64,000 bases of DNA from Ostrea edulis (GCF_947568905.1 NC_079166.1:20522001-20586000); one strand, 5' to 3'; shown: positions 38,770 to 53,278, counted from the first letter of the stretch. Translations and numbers: made by a program. The notes: a model not told the origin generated them from the letters alone.

Positions 38770-40175
38770 ATAAATATTCATATCTTGTGATCTGTCATTC
38801 AAAATAATGATACTTTGTCAAATACCACTGTGATTCTACGCACAAGTACTCTGAAGTTGATATAAAAAAGATGCTGGATTTTTCACAACATCTTCGTAGT
38901 CTTTAGTGATATGGCCATCCAACAGTATTTTCCAATTCCCATGGCCGCGAATTGTTCCTTTATTAGCTGACGTGATTTTGTATTCTTACGAGACATATTT
39001 TTCTTCAAAACCTACCCATGAAGAAAAATCATTATATGCACCCAGGGGTGCATGAGCCGAGTTGCATGGGATACATTGTAAAGTCAGGAATGATGTGGCA
39101 TATTTATAATTGTGAAAAACTAATTTCAGTTTTAAACTTTTCGAGTTACTGTCCAGAAACCATATTTGTCTGAAGTTTTCAATCTATTTTCGGTCAATGT
39201 GACCTTTGACCTTTTTCTCCAAAATCAATAGGGGCATTGCTTTGCTAGTATCCAACAATATATCCAAGTTTCATTTGATTCAAATTATAAATTTTCAAGT
39301 TATCCTCCAGAAACCAAATTGTTTTTGGAATTTTAAATCTATTTTCGGTCACTGTGACCTTGACCTTTGACATATTTTCTCCAAAATCAATAGGGGTCTT
39401 TCTTACCTGGTACATAACAATATCGTTAAGTATCATTTGATTCAGATTTAAATTTCCTGAGTTATCATCCGGAAACCAAATATTTCTGAAATTTTCATTC
39501 TATATTCGACCACTGTGACCTTGACCTTTGACCTTTTTCTCCAAAACCAACAGGGGTCTTCCTTACTTGGTACCCAACAATATATCAATGTTTCATTTGA
39601 TTCAGGTTTAAACTGTCTGAGTTATCATCCGGAAACCAAATTTTTCTGAAATTTTCATTCTATTTTCGGTCACTGTGACCTTGACCTTTGACCATTTTTC
39701 TCTAACATCAATAGGGGGTCTTCCTTACCTGGTACCCAACAATATATCAAAGTTTCATTTGATTAGGTTGTAAACTTTTTGAGTTATCATCCGGAAACCA
39801 ATTGTTGACGCCCAACCGCCCAACCGCCCGCCTGCCCGCATCACCAAACCAATAGCCGAGTTCAACTTCGTTGCAACTCGGCTAAAAACTCTCTTGCTGT
39901 TGTCATCAACTCAACATTTGGATATATCAACGACATTTTATCTATTAACAGTAATTATTTTTCATTCATATGCCAATTCGATATATCCCAGTGAACTCAA
40001 AAGAAAAGGCACCATAAAATCTTCCACATATGCTTCATACTTAGATATTTTATTGAACATAGATGTACCAGTACAACCTGCCATTGGGAAAAATGCTGTC
40101 TGACATGTTTCACGCCAATTAAGCCCGTTCTTTGCACACGAATTTTGACTACAGATTACTCCGTTTACTCGATCG
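38770..40175 (+). mobile_element. Degenerate Penelope-like RT fragment split by a HINE insertion
   Basis: 38770-39028 resembles the RT segment at 21345-21600. 39889-40075 continues it (LAVVINSTFGYINDILSIN..IYPSEL..SSTYASYLDILLNID) and is followed by the 3' repeat. Confidence 0.7.
39029..39888 (-). mobile_element. HINE-like element with 4-5 internal ~155-161-bp tandem repeats
   Basis: Hairpin agccgagtt..aactcggct (39854-39883), subTIR agccgagttgc (39055), terminal stem atgcaccc-ag-gggtgcat (39036-39053) and a (ccgc)n tract. Repeats start at 39196, 39351, 39512 and 39672. Confidence 0.78.
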
Positions 40176-42111
40176 AGATAAAGGTTGAATTGATTGTATA
40201 TTGTTTAACTTCCCGCTCGAGAATATTTCACTCATATGGAGACGTTCGATAGATCAGGTAATGGGGAGTTTTCCATTACATTATAATGTAAGGATACCTC
40301 CAACCACCCTTAAAGCATTGAAGCATGACATTGACTTTGTGTTTTACAATAGTTTGGTTTTCTAATGTGATAAAATCGCTTGATATTGATATACTTTTCT
40401 ACAAAGAAAGAGAAATTCTAATACCGGACTAGTGTCGTCCAATTGCAAAAATGAACAAATGACCGAATAGTCTCTTACTTTTGTTTCCATAGTTTCACTC
40501 CGTTTACAAGGTCCTGAACAATACGGATCTTCCATTGGCTCTTGTAACTTTGACTCCAAATATTTGAGCTCTAAGTAGATTTCGTGAATCTGATGGTATG
40601 AAAATGATTTGTATTTGACAACAGGAACAGGAGTTCACACAGTCAATTCATATACATGTAATTATAAGTCTACAGATACAGCTAAATAATGTATAATTAT
40701 AGCATTTATTTAAACCAAATTCTCTTGGATGAAAAAAGGAAAAAGGCCAGATTGGGAGATTTGGGTTTCGTACGTAAGTCCATACTACAACGAACAGACC
40801 CCCCACCCTAATAATTCTTCCAAAGTCATCAGGATGCATGCATAGCAGACACAATGTATAACCAGCAGGTTATGTGATTTTTTCTGCAATGATTATAACC
40901 TTCATCACCCGATGAAACAGCAAAGAAAGACATTTTATTGTTTATATTTATATTTTTATGTATTTTTAAAAATACAAACTAGATTTAAGTACTAAAATAT
41001 CACATGGTTGACTCATTCGTTACGTTAAATGGAACAGACAATGCACCCTTTGACCTTGATGACACTCCATATTTGGTAATGGTTACACAAACAGGTGTTA
41101 CTAAAAACCTGGATCGAACTAGCTTGCAACAAACATGCATTCATTGTCGCAGATGAAAGCAATGCCAATTTTAAAAGAAACATAAGAGAAAAGATTTAGT
41201 AACTGTAAAGATAACAACATTAAGACCTGGTTTGCAAGCACTAAAGCAATGAATGGTCATCTACCGTTTACAACAATTCCACGAAAATTACGTACATACT
41301 GTAGTCTCCTTATTTTACGCGAGGATTTGATATGGAAAAATACATGTAACTAGCAGACGTCAAATCGCATGAAACATGAATTCACGTGAAGTCAAGAGTT
41401 TTAGCAACGGTAATATAAAAGAAAGTAATTTTATTATTATCTACATTTGGAAATCTAAACTAATCAATTGATAAACAGATGAAAGTTGCGCCTGCGTTTT
41501 TCGTAATGTGCAATATGATGAATTATATTAAAGAGGCACATACACTGTGAATGCATTTGGTATAAAGTAAAAACAAACTCCTCTAAGAAATTTTAATGAA
41601 AACGTCATTATTGATTGAATCTAGTAAGGAAAAGAACAAAAGGAATAGAAAAAAATATATATGGTGTTTTGTTTTTTTTTCTCAAAGGACAAACAGCTCA
41701 CAAAACATAATGCATCTGAAACCGAGTCATAATAATTTGATAGTATCTCTTCATTTCTATAGTAATATGCAAATTATAGCATTCGTTATGACTTAAGCAT
41801 ATCCAGTTTCCATATAGCCGAATAATCTTCCGATATAATGTCACTAAATGTTAAACACAACACGTACAACGCACATGTAATATGTTCGTGGTTTTGCAAT
41901 ATGTAAGAAAGGTTGAAATCTGTAATTTGAAAACAATCTATTGGCTAAATTTTCAGCAATATAAGGATAGCATTACCTGTTACAATACACTCAGTATTAA
42001 ATTCCGTCATTAAGGACAGTAATATTATGGAGACGGTGTCACGACGCACCTACTGGGTATGCACCGTTATGTAGACATTATGTCATACAACTACTGCCAT
42101 ACGTCACCTAG

Positions 42112-42117
<6 letters not shown>

Positions 42118-42173
<56 letters not shown>
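42118..42173. repeat. (GA)n microsatellite
   Basis: Direct reading. Confidence 0.98.
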
Positions 42174-42177
<4 letters not shown>

Positions 42178-43020
42178 TTACATTGTATTGAAATTACAAA
42201 TCATTAGTGAAAAATGAAGATTAAAGAAATGCAGAAAATACATTAAGATGATTGTTTTATTTTTGTGGGGAAAGAGAGTTGATGGTAAAATATCAATTAA
42301 CGAGGAAATCTAATACTCCATTTAACATTTGCATCTGAGTTCCGGTAAGCACAAAATGGTTCTTTTTTACCCACGCTTATTAAATCATCTGAATAAGAAC
42401 ACATTTACTATAATTTATCGAAGAGAAACGGGTGTGGATCTAGAGGGGCGTTTGGTGAACAACCCACTACTTATCATTTTGGTCTTAGTTTTGACGAATC
42501 CATTCTTTGCATTGTATTCCACATTCGTATCTTTGAACACGGTCTATTGGTTGCATTCGAGACTGTGAGACCAATCAGCTAGCGGTTTACATTTCAGTCT
42601 ACAAGAAGGAACCCTGTCCCTCGCGTGGTACCCTGTGTGCAGCGCAACGGAATCATCCGAGGATTGCCGATTGCTCTGTATAACACAACGAAAGGTGACT
42701 AATTTACCTTTCAAATGCAGAATCTTGGGACAACAGTTAGTAAAAAAAATCACCTCTTTCATGTTAGATGATTGTCAGAAAATGACAGAACGGCGTCTGT
42801 ATGTCTGGTGTCTTCTAATAAAATTAGTTTCAATGAGTTTTGCGATGTGTGACGTGTTTATTGACTTGTTTGGTCCCGCAGTCTCGAACGGAGCCATTTC
42901 ATTGGATGAATTACTTTGTTTTACGAAATTGTGTACCGGTAATGTTAAGTGCAAGCAGCAAAGGCTATCAAGGGTTCGTATGCGAAAAGCAAACATTTGA
43001 CGTTGACTTGAAGCGACAAT

Positions 43021-43079
43021 TGAGGCTCGAACTCGTGACCTTGGGTCACAGAGCGAACGCTCAAACCACTGAACCAACA
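43021..43079 (-). mobile_element. tRNA-derived SINE head (Pol III A and B boxes); similar B-box fragments at about 38490-38545(+) and 23487-23520(+)
   Basis: The minus strand reads TGGTTCAGTGG ... AGTTCGAGCC but does not form a complete cloverleaf. Confidence 0.5.
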
Positions 43080-46000
43080 AGATCAGTTATAAAACATGTA
43101 AAAATAAGTGAAACGTACAACAAGGAAAAATGTGACGAGCATTTTCAAGTTACCAAACAATATTTTTAAAACCACTTACCATGCAAAAGACCACTGTTCC
43201 CAGGTTTTCGCCGACTAGGTGAGCTTTTTGTAAATGGATACTGCGGTAAAATTCTGGACGTTCTGGCAGAGAATGGTTGACATAGGATATCGAGGTATCT
43301 GCACAAAGCACGGTGTATTTGATTAATACCTGCACAGGTACCACAGTGACGGTGTCAAGTAATATATAATTTAAGAAATAAATTTCACGCCGGCATATTT
43401 CATGAGGGGCGTTAACGCTTCGTGAAAAATATGTCGATGTGAAGCCTCGCAGTACATACTCTCATGTATTTTCAAAATTGATTTTTTTTTTTCATATTTA
43501 CATTCCACTTTTCTTTCTGTCGCAATCTCTATCTTTCCCTTTGAGGAAGTTAGCTCCTGAGCTTTTGAGAACAACTGCGCAAGATGCTACAACTAAGTAT
43601 TTACTGGTTCAATACTGATCCCATTGGTGCACACACATTACACATCTATTACTGAACCCTATCCAGATGGAAAAAAAATGTGCCAGTTCAAATTTTGATA
43701 GGGTTTTGCAGGGATTATATTTTGTGACGAAAGGATTGATTAATCAAAAAGTTCTAAATCTGCATGATATTACAGTTTCTGTTTCATCTAATATATCTTC
43801 TATCTTTATACTCCTATACGTGTAATTCAGTTTTATGATTTATGATACATTTATTTGAGACTTCAAACTAGATCCAAAGTTGCAATTTATTAATTTGGTT
43901 GATATATTCTTTTCAAACAGAACACCAATTCTTAATAAAGTTTACATTAATTTACTCGAAATTTTATATAAAAAAAATTCAGTATTTTCAGACAAGACCT
44001 TAAAAATTATATGAAGTTTTAGAAATTGACAATATCCCTAATATGTCTTTTTAAACTCTCAAATTTGATATCGTTAATTTTTTTGTATCATAAATGCAAA
44101 AAGGTCATTATTCCTTTCCATTACTTGTATTAAGCTTTTTTCCCTCTGTATTGTTAGAAGGCGTGGTTATGTAGCTATTCTACGTAGTGAATGATTGGTA
44201 TTGCTTATATCGTGTTGACACCAGACAAATCAAGTTTAATTAAATAAATTTTAACTGTACCTCAATAACAAGCATTGCGACCCCAGTTTTTTTTCTTTTC
44301 AATTTCCTAATTCTCCTTCAACGTAGAAATTGAAAATATACTTCCCAAAAAATTGACATTACTCCAAATGTCAGGCGCGAACCTCTTTAAGTAGACGTAC
44401 TATATTTATCAAGATTCATACGCGCATTGTTCACAACTGCAGCGCATTTATGAAGAAAAGGCTATCATTACCATTGGTAAAGACACATAGGAAATGTAGA
44501 TGTAATGTAATATGTGTTTTTTCTCCAACTGACACCGTCAGTTAAGAGAAACTCTCTTTAAGAGAAAACCTAGCATTGAAGCCCATTGATTTTAATTACA
44601 ATCTTCTTACAATACATGCATTTTTATAGAAGTTGCTTTAAAAAGTTTGTTTTCCTGACCAGAATGAATACAACATCTACACTTATATGTACATATTAAC
44701 ATCATCGAAACTATTGACAAAATTACTAAATAGCAGTGATCTTAAAGAAAACTGAGCTCACAATATTAAAAAACAAACACCGATTACTGTTGATAAAAAT
44801 AACGTATACGTACCAAATGAGATACTATTATCATTTGCAGGTATTTGATAAAGTTGAAGCAAGTATTCGAGAAATATGAAACATTGGATAGTTGTAGATA
44901 TTTGCATTAAGTAATTTCATAAATCAATACGTACTACAATCATCAATTTGAACAACAATGCTGTACCGAGCTCCACAAAGTGACAACAACAGTCCTAATA
45001 CAATCTCCAACTGCATTGTATTTCTTCTGAATAAATTTGTACATCTACCAAAATCCCACCTCTTTATATATACTAGGCTTACTTGTTGTTAAGAGAGTTA
45101 AAGATTAAAAGCTTTTTGATTGGTTGAATTCATTTCACTACTTTGACATTACGATATCAAATTTTCCTGAATTTGTCAAGCCTTAGCTTCTAATGCAAGA
45201 TGTAAAAAAAAAAAAATATGAATTCGACTGCTTTTCCAGCTACAATTACAACAGTATTGCTAATGTAATATACACGTCCATTACCGACGATTCAATGGAG
45301 GAAGCCAAACTCTATACCAATGCATATGTGATTCATAAAAGCTATTAACAAAAAAAAAAAAAAAGTTTTAGAAATAAAAAAGAAGAAAAATAGCACAAAC
45401 AATTATTTCTAATCTTGAAATGAACTTTGACTTTTGTTACACGGGTCCACTATGGTGGGGTATTGCGGTGGGATCTCAGTAGTTTCTTTTTTTTTTTAGG
45501 AAGCTAAACATCTGCCAGAATAGTTATAAGTTCGCATACGATGTTTCAAATTCATGTTGATTCTGTAGGTTAAGATGTATCTGATGACAGATGACTCCGG
45601 TTACCTGATCGGGATGTGGGGCTCACGGTGGGTGGGGTCGGTAGGCGGTGATGTTTTCTCCTCCTGGGCACCTGATCCCATCTGTGGTGTGTCCTGGGAT
45701 CCGTGTTTGCCGAACACTCTATTTTGTATTGCTTATAGGAGTTATGAGATTGATCACTGTTCGTTATCTTCTCCTTTCATCTGGAGGTTCTGTCGGTTAA
45801 GATTTATCTGGAGGTTCACGGCGTCGAAACATGGCCGACAGAAAATAATTTCTGGAACTTTGCTTGTATTATTGGATTTTCCTTAAGAGGTAGGCTGTCC
45901 AATTTTTTGCGAGGTGTATTTTCAAGTATATGATTTGATATTTTGAGTAAAAACATTAAAGAGGGATTTGGATACTTTTTTTAATGTTGTAGATGTGGGT

Positions 46001-48462
46001 GATTTGACTTTTGACCAGCTGATTTTGCACGTGCTTGACAATGTAAAGAAACTTTCACGCCTTGCTAGATGAGTGTATATTTTTAGTATTAAAATGCTCA
46101 CTAAGAATAGTACTACATTATGTGAAAGTAAAGCGTCTGAGAAGTTTACTTTAAGGGAGCAGGGACAGGTCAAAGGTGAATAATTTCTGTAAAATTGATA
46201 GAGTGGTGTAATCTTACAGGTGTGTCAAGGTGAAAGTAGTGCATTATCTAGCTCCGCCATACGCGCGTGATACATCAACATATGAGCATTAAAAACAAAA
46301 CAAGATAATACGCATCTTGTTCATGACAGATGAATTTAATTCCTTCCAACATTCTTACATATTGAAAGCTACGGTGGAACTTTTCCATACAGCTAGGACT
46401 TCTGAAAGTGCAACTATGCGAACAGTCGTATCCGACCTTGCGTGGGATGTGGGATTTTTCAAAATTGAATATGATCAAATTACGCATTGCGCTCTAGACT
46501 CTAATGTCACCACCATTTGCAAAGCTGTTTAATGTTTTGTGATAAAGATTCCTTTCTGTATTAACAGATGTTCATTAGACCATAAATAATTACCTTTATT
46601 CCCAGATATATCCTCCAACGTTCTTTCCACTCAAATCTATAATTACATAATTTCAAGACAGACGGTAAAGGATGAAGGCATTAGATACGAATAATAAAGT
46701 TTAGTTAAATTCAGAATTAAATTTTCAAGGCTTTAACTATCGACTCGTCTAGAGTAATACCAACGCCGTGGAATTGACTCTTCCAATATGGCGAACGTCA
46801 TGCACTGAAATGTGATCGGCTTGGAAATCAATCCTTCTCAGTCAATGAGGATGCATGCCTACTAGACAATTCATTTCTCCAACTGATGATGGAAATTGAT
46901 GAATTTCAAGTCTCAATGGGCATTATGAAATGAATTAAAAACACGTCCAGATGGTTAATGGTACATGTACATGTAGGTCATTGGTTTTTAAGTCACAGGT
47001 CGGCTCTATAAAATGTTACAAGTTCAGTTGATCCAATGGTGCCATGTGCCAATATACTGACACTGTCGACTACATCAGATAATACATGTAAAGCTTGAAT
47101 TTTTTAAATATGTTTTTCCGTTCAGTAAACGTATCTCGGTTTTGTCTATGTCCATAGTTATGGCCAAGGTTAAAGCAATACAAGCTGCAACTGATGGCAT
47201 TATTTCAACTATCCAATTATATAAATGTACCAAATATCACCCATCAGTATAACTGATATAATCCCCAAGATCTGAAGAAAAAATCAGCAAACTAGGGAAT
47301 ACATTGTTTGAGAACACACCTACAATGAGCATTGCGTATAAACCGCCATTGTGCCTTGCGCAAGGACATGGGAACGATGATTGCCGAACACAATAGGATT
47401 GCTGAGACTGACATCATATATGAAGACGGTAATTGTCTTGAGTAACTTTGTTTGTTTTAATCATTTCATGAATGACAAGAAGTACTATAAGTGTAAGAAA
47501 ATAATAATTACTCAAATGAAATTTTGATACTGAATTTTCTGTAAAATTGGCATGTTAAATTGTTTACAAATCTGACACGTGCTCGGTGTCTCTCTTTCCC
47601 TTTTTCCGAACTGGTGACCTTGGGGGTCCATGCACATCGGCGATTACGAGCAGGAATTACTGACAGGATGACAATTATTTATGAATCGACATTTTCTGCT
47701 AATTTGATGGTTTTATTGTTTCAGATTCACTCATCATCTGTAAAGCTATATATATTATATCGCAAATATGTTTAATATTTGTTCTTTTATTTCTCAATTT
47801 ATTTACCGTCAATTATAGTTTGTATTGCTTTAAAGTTGCTAACCGAAATACACAATATTAATGGGTAGATAGATACAGATATATGATTATGACTTTCAGT
47901 GTTTGGTAAGATGGAATATCGATTTCAAGGACACTAAATTCGAAGAATTGATTGTATTGCTGAAGTAAGGCAGCGAACACAATAGCAGACAATATGAAAT
48001 ATGACACACCTGAAGACACCTTATATATAGAGGAGCTTGAGGACTATCATGACGACAGGTTACGGAAAATAGATACACTGAAATTTCACTACATGATGCA
48101 AGTGTAGTTTAGAATCAAACTGAGGCACTGCCGATGTCGTACCTACAAACTGTATATGTACATGAAAGATGGTTGGCTAGAGACAATACATTTCTTAATC
48201 AACGTCTTAAAGAAAAAACAATGCCTGATCGCTGATCAAAAATAGGTGGGTTAAAACCTCTCTCACTAAATATGAATTTGATGCACAGTCAAAGCCAGAG
48301 AAAACATACATGTAGTAAAAAGCGTTTGGTTTCAATATCTACTCTGCGTCTGTTCTGTGTCTGCTAGAGTTGATGCATAGACAAGTCAAAGCAAATGCAG
48401 AGCAGACGCAAAACAGACGAGGATCAGACGCAGAAGGCTGACACGGCACACGGCTGATCCTG

Positions 48463-48746
48463 GATAGTAAACTGTATTCCCCGGCCAGTGTAAACATTGT
48501 CCGTCTGACGGTAGTAAACTGTAAACCCCGGCCAGTGTAAACATTGTCCGTCTGTCGGTAGTAAACTGTATACCCCGGCCAGTGTAAACATTGTCCGTCT
48601 GACGATAGTAAACTGTATACCCCGGCCAGTGTAAACATTGTCCGTCTGACGATAGTAAACTGTATACCCCGGCCAGTGTAAACATTGTCCGTCTGTCGGT
48701 AGTAAACTGAATACCCCGGCCAGTGTAAACATTGTCCGTCTGACGG
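48463..48746. repeat. 47-bp GC-richer minisatellite, about 6 copies
   Basis: ccggccagtgtaaacattgtccgtctg occurs at 48481, 48528 and onward. Confidence 0.95.
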
Positions 48747-50474
48747 TGTCGATTTAACGAATCTGAAATGTACCGAAACATGTGCAAACCTGATTCATCC
48801 AAACTCTGCATCACAGCAAATTATCTCCTATACAAACCGGACCCCCCCCCCAAAAAAAAAAAATCACCAATTCTACAATAATCAAAATTCCGCCTAGCTT
48901 CCAAAATATGTAGATATCACAGAGAAAGATACATGTGCGCAGAATTTCAGCATCCTTATACGTACGATTTGATGGTCATCCGTATTTTGTCTGCGTTCCA
49001 ACTTACATGACTGTACATGTAATTGCTGTGGTGTAGTGATGCTGTGGCGTACTTGATTATCAGTATAGGGAAGTGTTCTTAGGTACTGTCGCCATGTTCC
49101 TGACATAACATGTAAGTATATTATACGGAACTCATAGACACTTTTGTATTATCCTTATACTGCTTATCTACGAAAGCTTATCTAAATCAACGTACAACTG
49201 TTTCACCAGCGAATGGACAAATACACATACAGATAGATCAATACAACGTTTGGACGTTCAGTGGTATATCCATCTCATAACATATATGTAATATACATAT
49301 GTACACAGACACTCGACTTAATACTATAACAATAAAAAAAAATATCTTCCTATAAACAAAATATTCACAGGGTAACAGGAAAACGAAGATGGAGGCGTGA
49401 TATACCTTGTTCATATTTTGTTGTGTACTACTTGCACTCAAATTGACACCTGCGACCTAGATTGTTCTAGAGCCGCATGCTATGGTTAGCAGAAAGCTGA
49501 CGTAATGGTTGCATCATTGTCTTTCAAGATTGTACTAGAAAATTCAGTACTATCATAAATACACTGGAATTCTTCTGATTAAAAAAAGCTCTGGTTAGAC
49601 ACTTTCTATGCATTTGGATTTTTTTTTTATTATATTGGGACCTCGGATTTGGGAATTACTATTTTTGTGTGTGTGTAGATGCTGTTCGGGTGAATTGTTC
49701 AACTATAGTAAGTTGGTATTTTGCTACTGTTACAATTTTCTTTCAATTATTAATTGTAAACAAATATTATGAATTGTTTAATTGCCTTGTGTTTGTAAAT
49801 TCTGCTGCACTGTATTAAGGGTTTGTTCTGACCAATAACCCTTTTTTTTTAAATTATAGATATTCAAAACGTTGAGTGCCTGTGTACACATACTATCATA
49901 TGCAGTTACTTGACCACTCACCCGCAAATTCCTTCTGCAGAGTTTCAGTAGCACTTTAGATAACTGGTGAACGCGAAATCTCTCTAGATCTGAAAGGTCG
50001 ACTTTCAGGAAGAACATTAAAAGAAAGATAACCCTTGATGGAAATCATTGGTAATTACTGGTTTAATAATTAGAAATACAATGACACGGTTACCCAACCA
50101 TGAAGCTTAGACTTGGGGTGTACCAAGTTATTTGATACATGCAAACATATTTTGTTCCAGGTGTGAAACATGTACTAAATATTGTCAGAAATTCGCATAC
50201 ATGTTGTTTTAATATAAATTTTAACGGTGAATACTTATCAGTGAGTTCTACTTTTTGAACAAACAATCGCAGGTAAAAACGAGAAAGACAATCCTGCATT
50301 AAAACATGTTTTCCTTTAAGAGTTGTCTCTGATTGCAAATACTGGAGTCGCCATTGGGTGCATATTTTAACAGAAAGCTATTTAACCTCTAATTTTAAAA
50401 ATAAACCAAAATTGTCACCCCACGGAAAGAATCCGCTATACGGTACTTCATCATCCCCAATCTACATCGTATAA

Positions 50475-52505
50475 CGTGTAATTATTTACCTGCATGTAAT
50501 ACGTATAATTATTTACCTGCATGTAATGTGTATAATTATTTACCTGCATGTAATGTGTATAATTATCTACTTATATGCCATGTGTATAATTATCTACTTA
50601 TATATAAGGTGTATAGTTATCTACCTGAATGTTAAGTGTATAATTATTTACCTGAATGTTATGTGTATAATGATCTACTTGTATGTTATGTGTATAATTA
50701 TCTAACTGAATGTTATGTGTATAATTATCTATCTGTATGTATTGTGTATAATTATCTACCTGAATGTTATGTGTATAATGACCTACCTGAATGTTATGTG
50801 TATATTTATCTACCTGAATGTTATGTGTATAATTATCTACCTGTATGTATTGTGTATAATTATCTACCTGAATGTTATGTGTATAATTATCTACCTGAAT
50901 GTTAGGTGTATAATTATCTACCTGAATGTTAGGTGTATAATTATCTACCTGAATGTTATGTGTATAATTATCTACCTGAATGTTATGTGTATAATTATCT
51001 ACCTGAATGTTATGTGTATAATTATCTACCTGTATTTTAGGTGTATAATTATCTACCTGAATGTTATGTGTATAATTATCTACCTGTATGTATTGTGTAT
51101 AATAATCTACCTGTATATTATATGTATAATTATCTACCTGAATGTTATGTGTATAATTATCTAACTGAATGTTATGTGTATAAATATCTACCTATATGTA
51201 TTGTGTATAATTATCTACCTGAATGTTATGTGTATAATTATCTACCTGAATGTTATGTGTATAATTATCTACCTGAATGTTAGGTGTATGATTATCTACC
51301 TGAATGTTAGGTGTATAATTATCTAACTGAATGCTATGTGTATAATTATCTACCTGAATGTTATGTGTATAATTATCTAACTGAATGTTAGATGTATACT
51401 TATCTACCTGAATGTTATGTGTATAATTATCTAACTGAATGTTATGTGTATAATTATCTACCTGTATGCACTGTATGTGATTATCAATGTCTATATAATA
51501 TGTAGAATTATATATATGTGAGTAATATGTTTAATTATGTACCTAAATGGGGTATATTCAATACCTGTATGCAATATTTTCTAAATATTTACCTATATGT
51601 AATATGCATTATAATCTACCTGTAATATGTATGGTTATATACCTACATGTATATGTAATATGTAATATGTATAATTATCTACCTGTATGTAATATTTATA
51701 ATTATCTACCTATATGTAAAATGCATAATTATCTACCTGTTTGTAATATGTATAATTATCTACCTATATATGATATGCATAATTATCTACCTATATGTAA
51801 TATGCATAATTATCTACCTGTATGCACTGTGTATAATCATTTACCTGTATGTACTGTGTATAATTATCTGCCTGTATGTATTATGTATAATTATCTACCT
51901 GTATGTATTATGTATAATTATCTACCTGTATGTATTATGTATAATTATCTACCTGTATGCAATGTGTATAATTATCTACCTGTATGTAATATGCATAATT
52001 ATCTACCTGTATGTAATATGTATAATTATCTACCTGTATGTATTGTGTATAATTATCTACCTGTATGTACTGTGTATAATTATCTGCCTGTATGTATTGT
52101 GTATAATTATCTACCTGTATGTATTATGTATAAATATCTACCTGTATGCAATGTGTATAATTATCTACCTGTATGTAATATGCATAATTATCTACCTGTA
52201 TGTATTATGTATAATTATCTACCTGTATGTATTGTGTATAATTATCTACCTGTATGCACTGTGTATAATTATCTACCTGTATGTAGTATGTATAATTCTC
52301 TGTCTGTATGTATTGTGTATAATTATCTACCTGTATGCACTGTGTATAATTATCTACCTGTATGTATTGTGTATAATTATCTACCTGCATGTAGTATGTA
52401 TAATTCTCTGTCTGTATGTACTGTGTATAATTATCTACCTGTATGCACTATGTATAATTATCTACCTATATGTATTTTGTATGATTATCTACCTGCATGT
52501 GTATA
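50475..52505. repeat. 27-bp satellite (gtgtataattatctacctgaatgttat and variants) with two subarrays and a degenerate middle
   Basis: The 27-bp period gives the 9-aa repeats in the spurious ORFs at 50636-52720. Confidence 0.96.
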
Positions 52506-52821
52506 GCAATCTGGCTCCATGTACTGCTGCATTTTTCATTGATTGGAAATTATTTGGATTTGGATTTTTGTGTAATTTTAGATCTTTGAAACAAGACAGA
52601 GATTTGAACATACGCAATCTGTTATGTACATTATATTCAAATAAAAAACTTACATTTCAACAAAAAAAGTCAACAATTTTATTATTATCATCATTATCAT
52701 CATCATCAACAACAAGGTAATGTGCTTCTCAAACATGTGAACTAAACAAACTTTTTATACAGTAACATTTACACCTTCTGTGTGGCTCTTTGAGAGGCGA
52801 CCACATATGCACAAAGACTCC

Positions 52822-52866
<45 letters not shown>

Positions 52867-53278
52867 CCACAGAAACTGATGAAAAACTTTGTAATATTTA
52901 CTTATATGATTTTATACTCGTAATTTATAATCATTACATTCTACTTAATGCAACGTTATACATTAGTTCTTGTCCTATATATATAAAACATGTATACTGA
53001 CAAGGGGGCTCAATATCTAAAATTTAGAATCGGACTTGACTTTCCCAAATGATTGGATTGCATGTACATATTTAAACAAATGAGCCTTTTTGTCGGTAAG
53101 TGGTTTTTCATATATATACACCACAATATTGCCATCTTTAAAACAACACATAGTTTTAAAGTTTATGAACAATGTTTTTTGTCACTTTTGTATTTTGCTC
53201 TTTCTTATTTACTATTTGCTCTTTCTTACTCTGGCTGAATTTCCTTAAAAAATTTGAGTCATGGTAGATGTATTTTAA

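Noticed and set aside
43021-43079. Possible tRNA gene
   Set aside because: A and B boxes are present, but there is no acceptor stem or full cloverleaf. It is better explained as a SINE head.
48339-48814. Overlapping ORFs with QCLHWPG and NVYTGRG repeats
   Set aside because: They are products of the 47-bp minisatellite.
50636-52720. Cys/Tyr-rich ORFs (YNYLPVC, CIIIYLYV repeats)
   Set aside because: These are readings of the 27-bp satellite in several frames, with no splice or start context.
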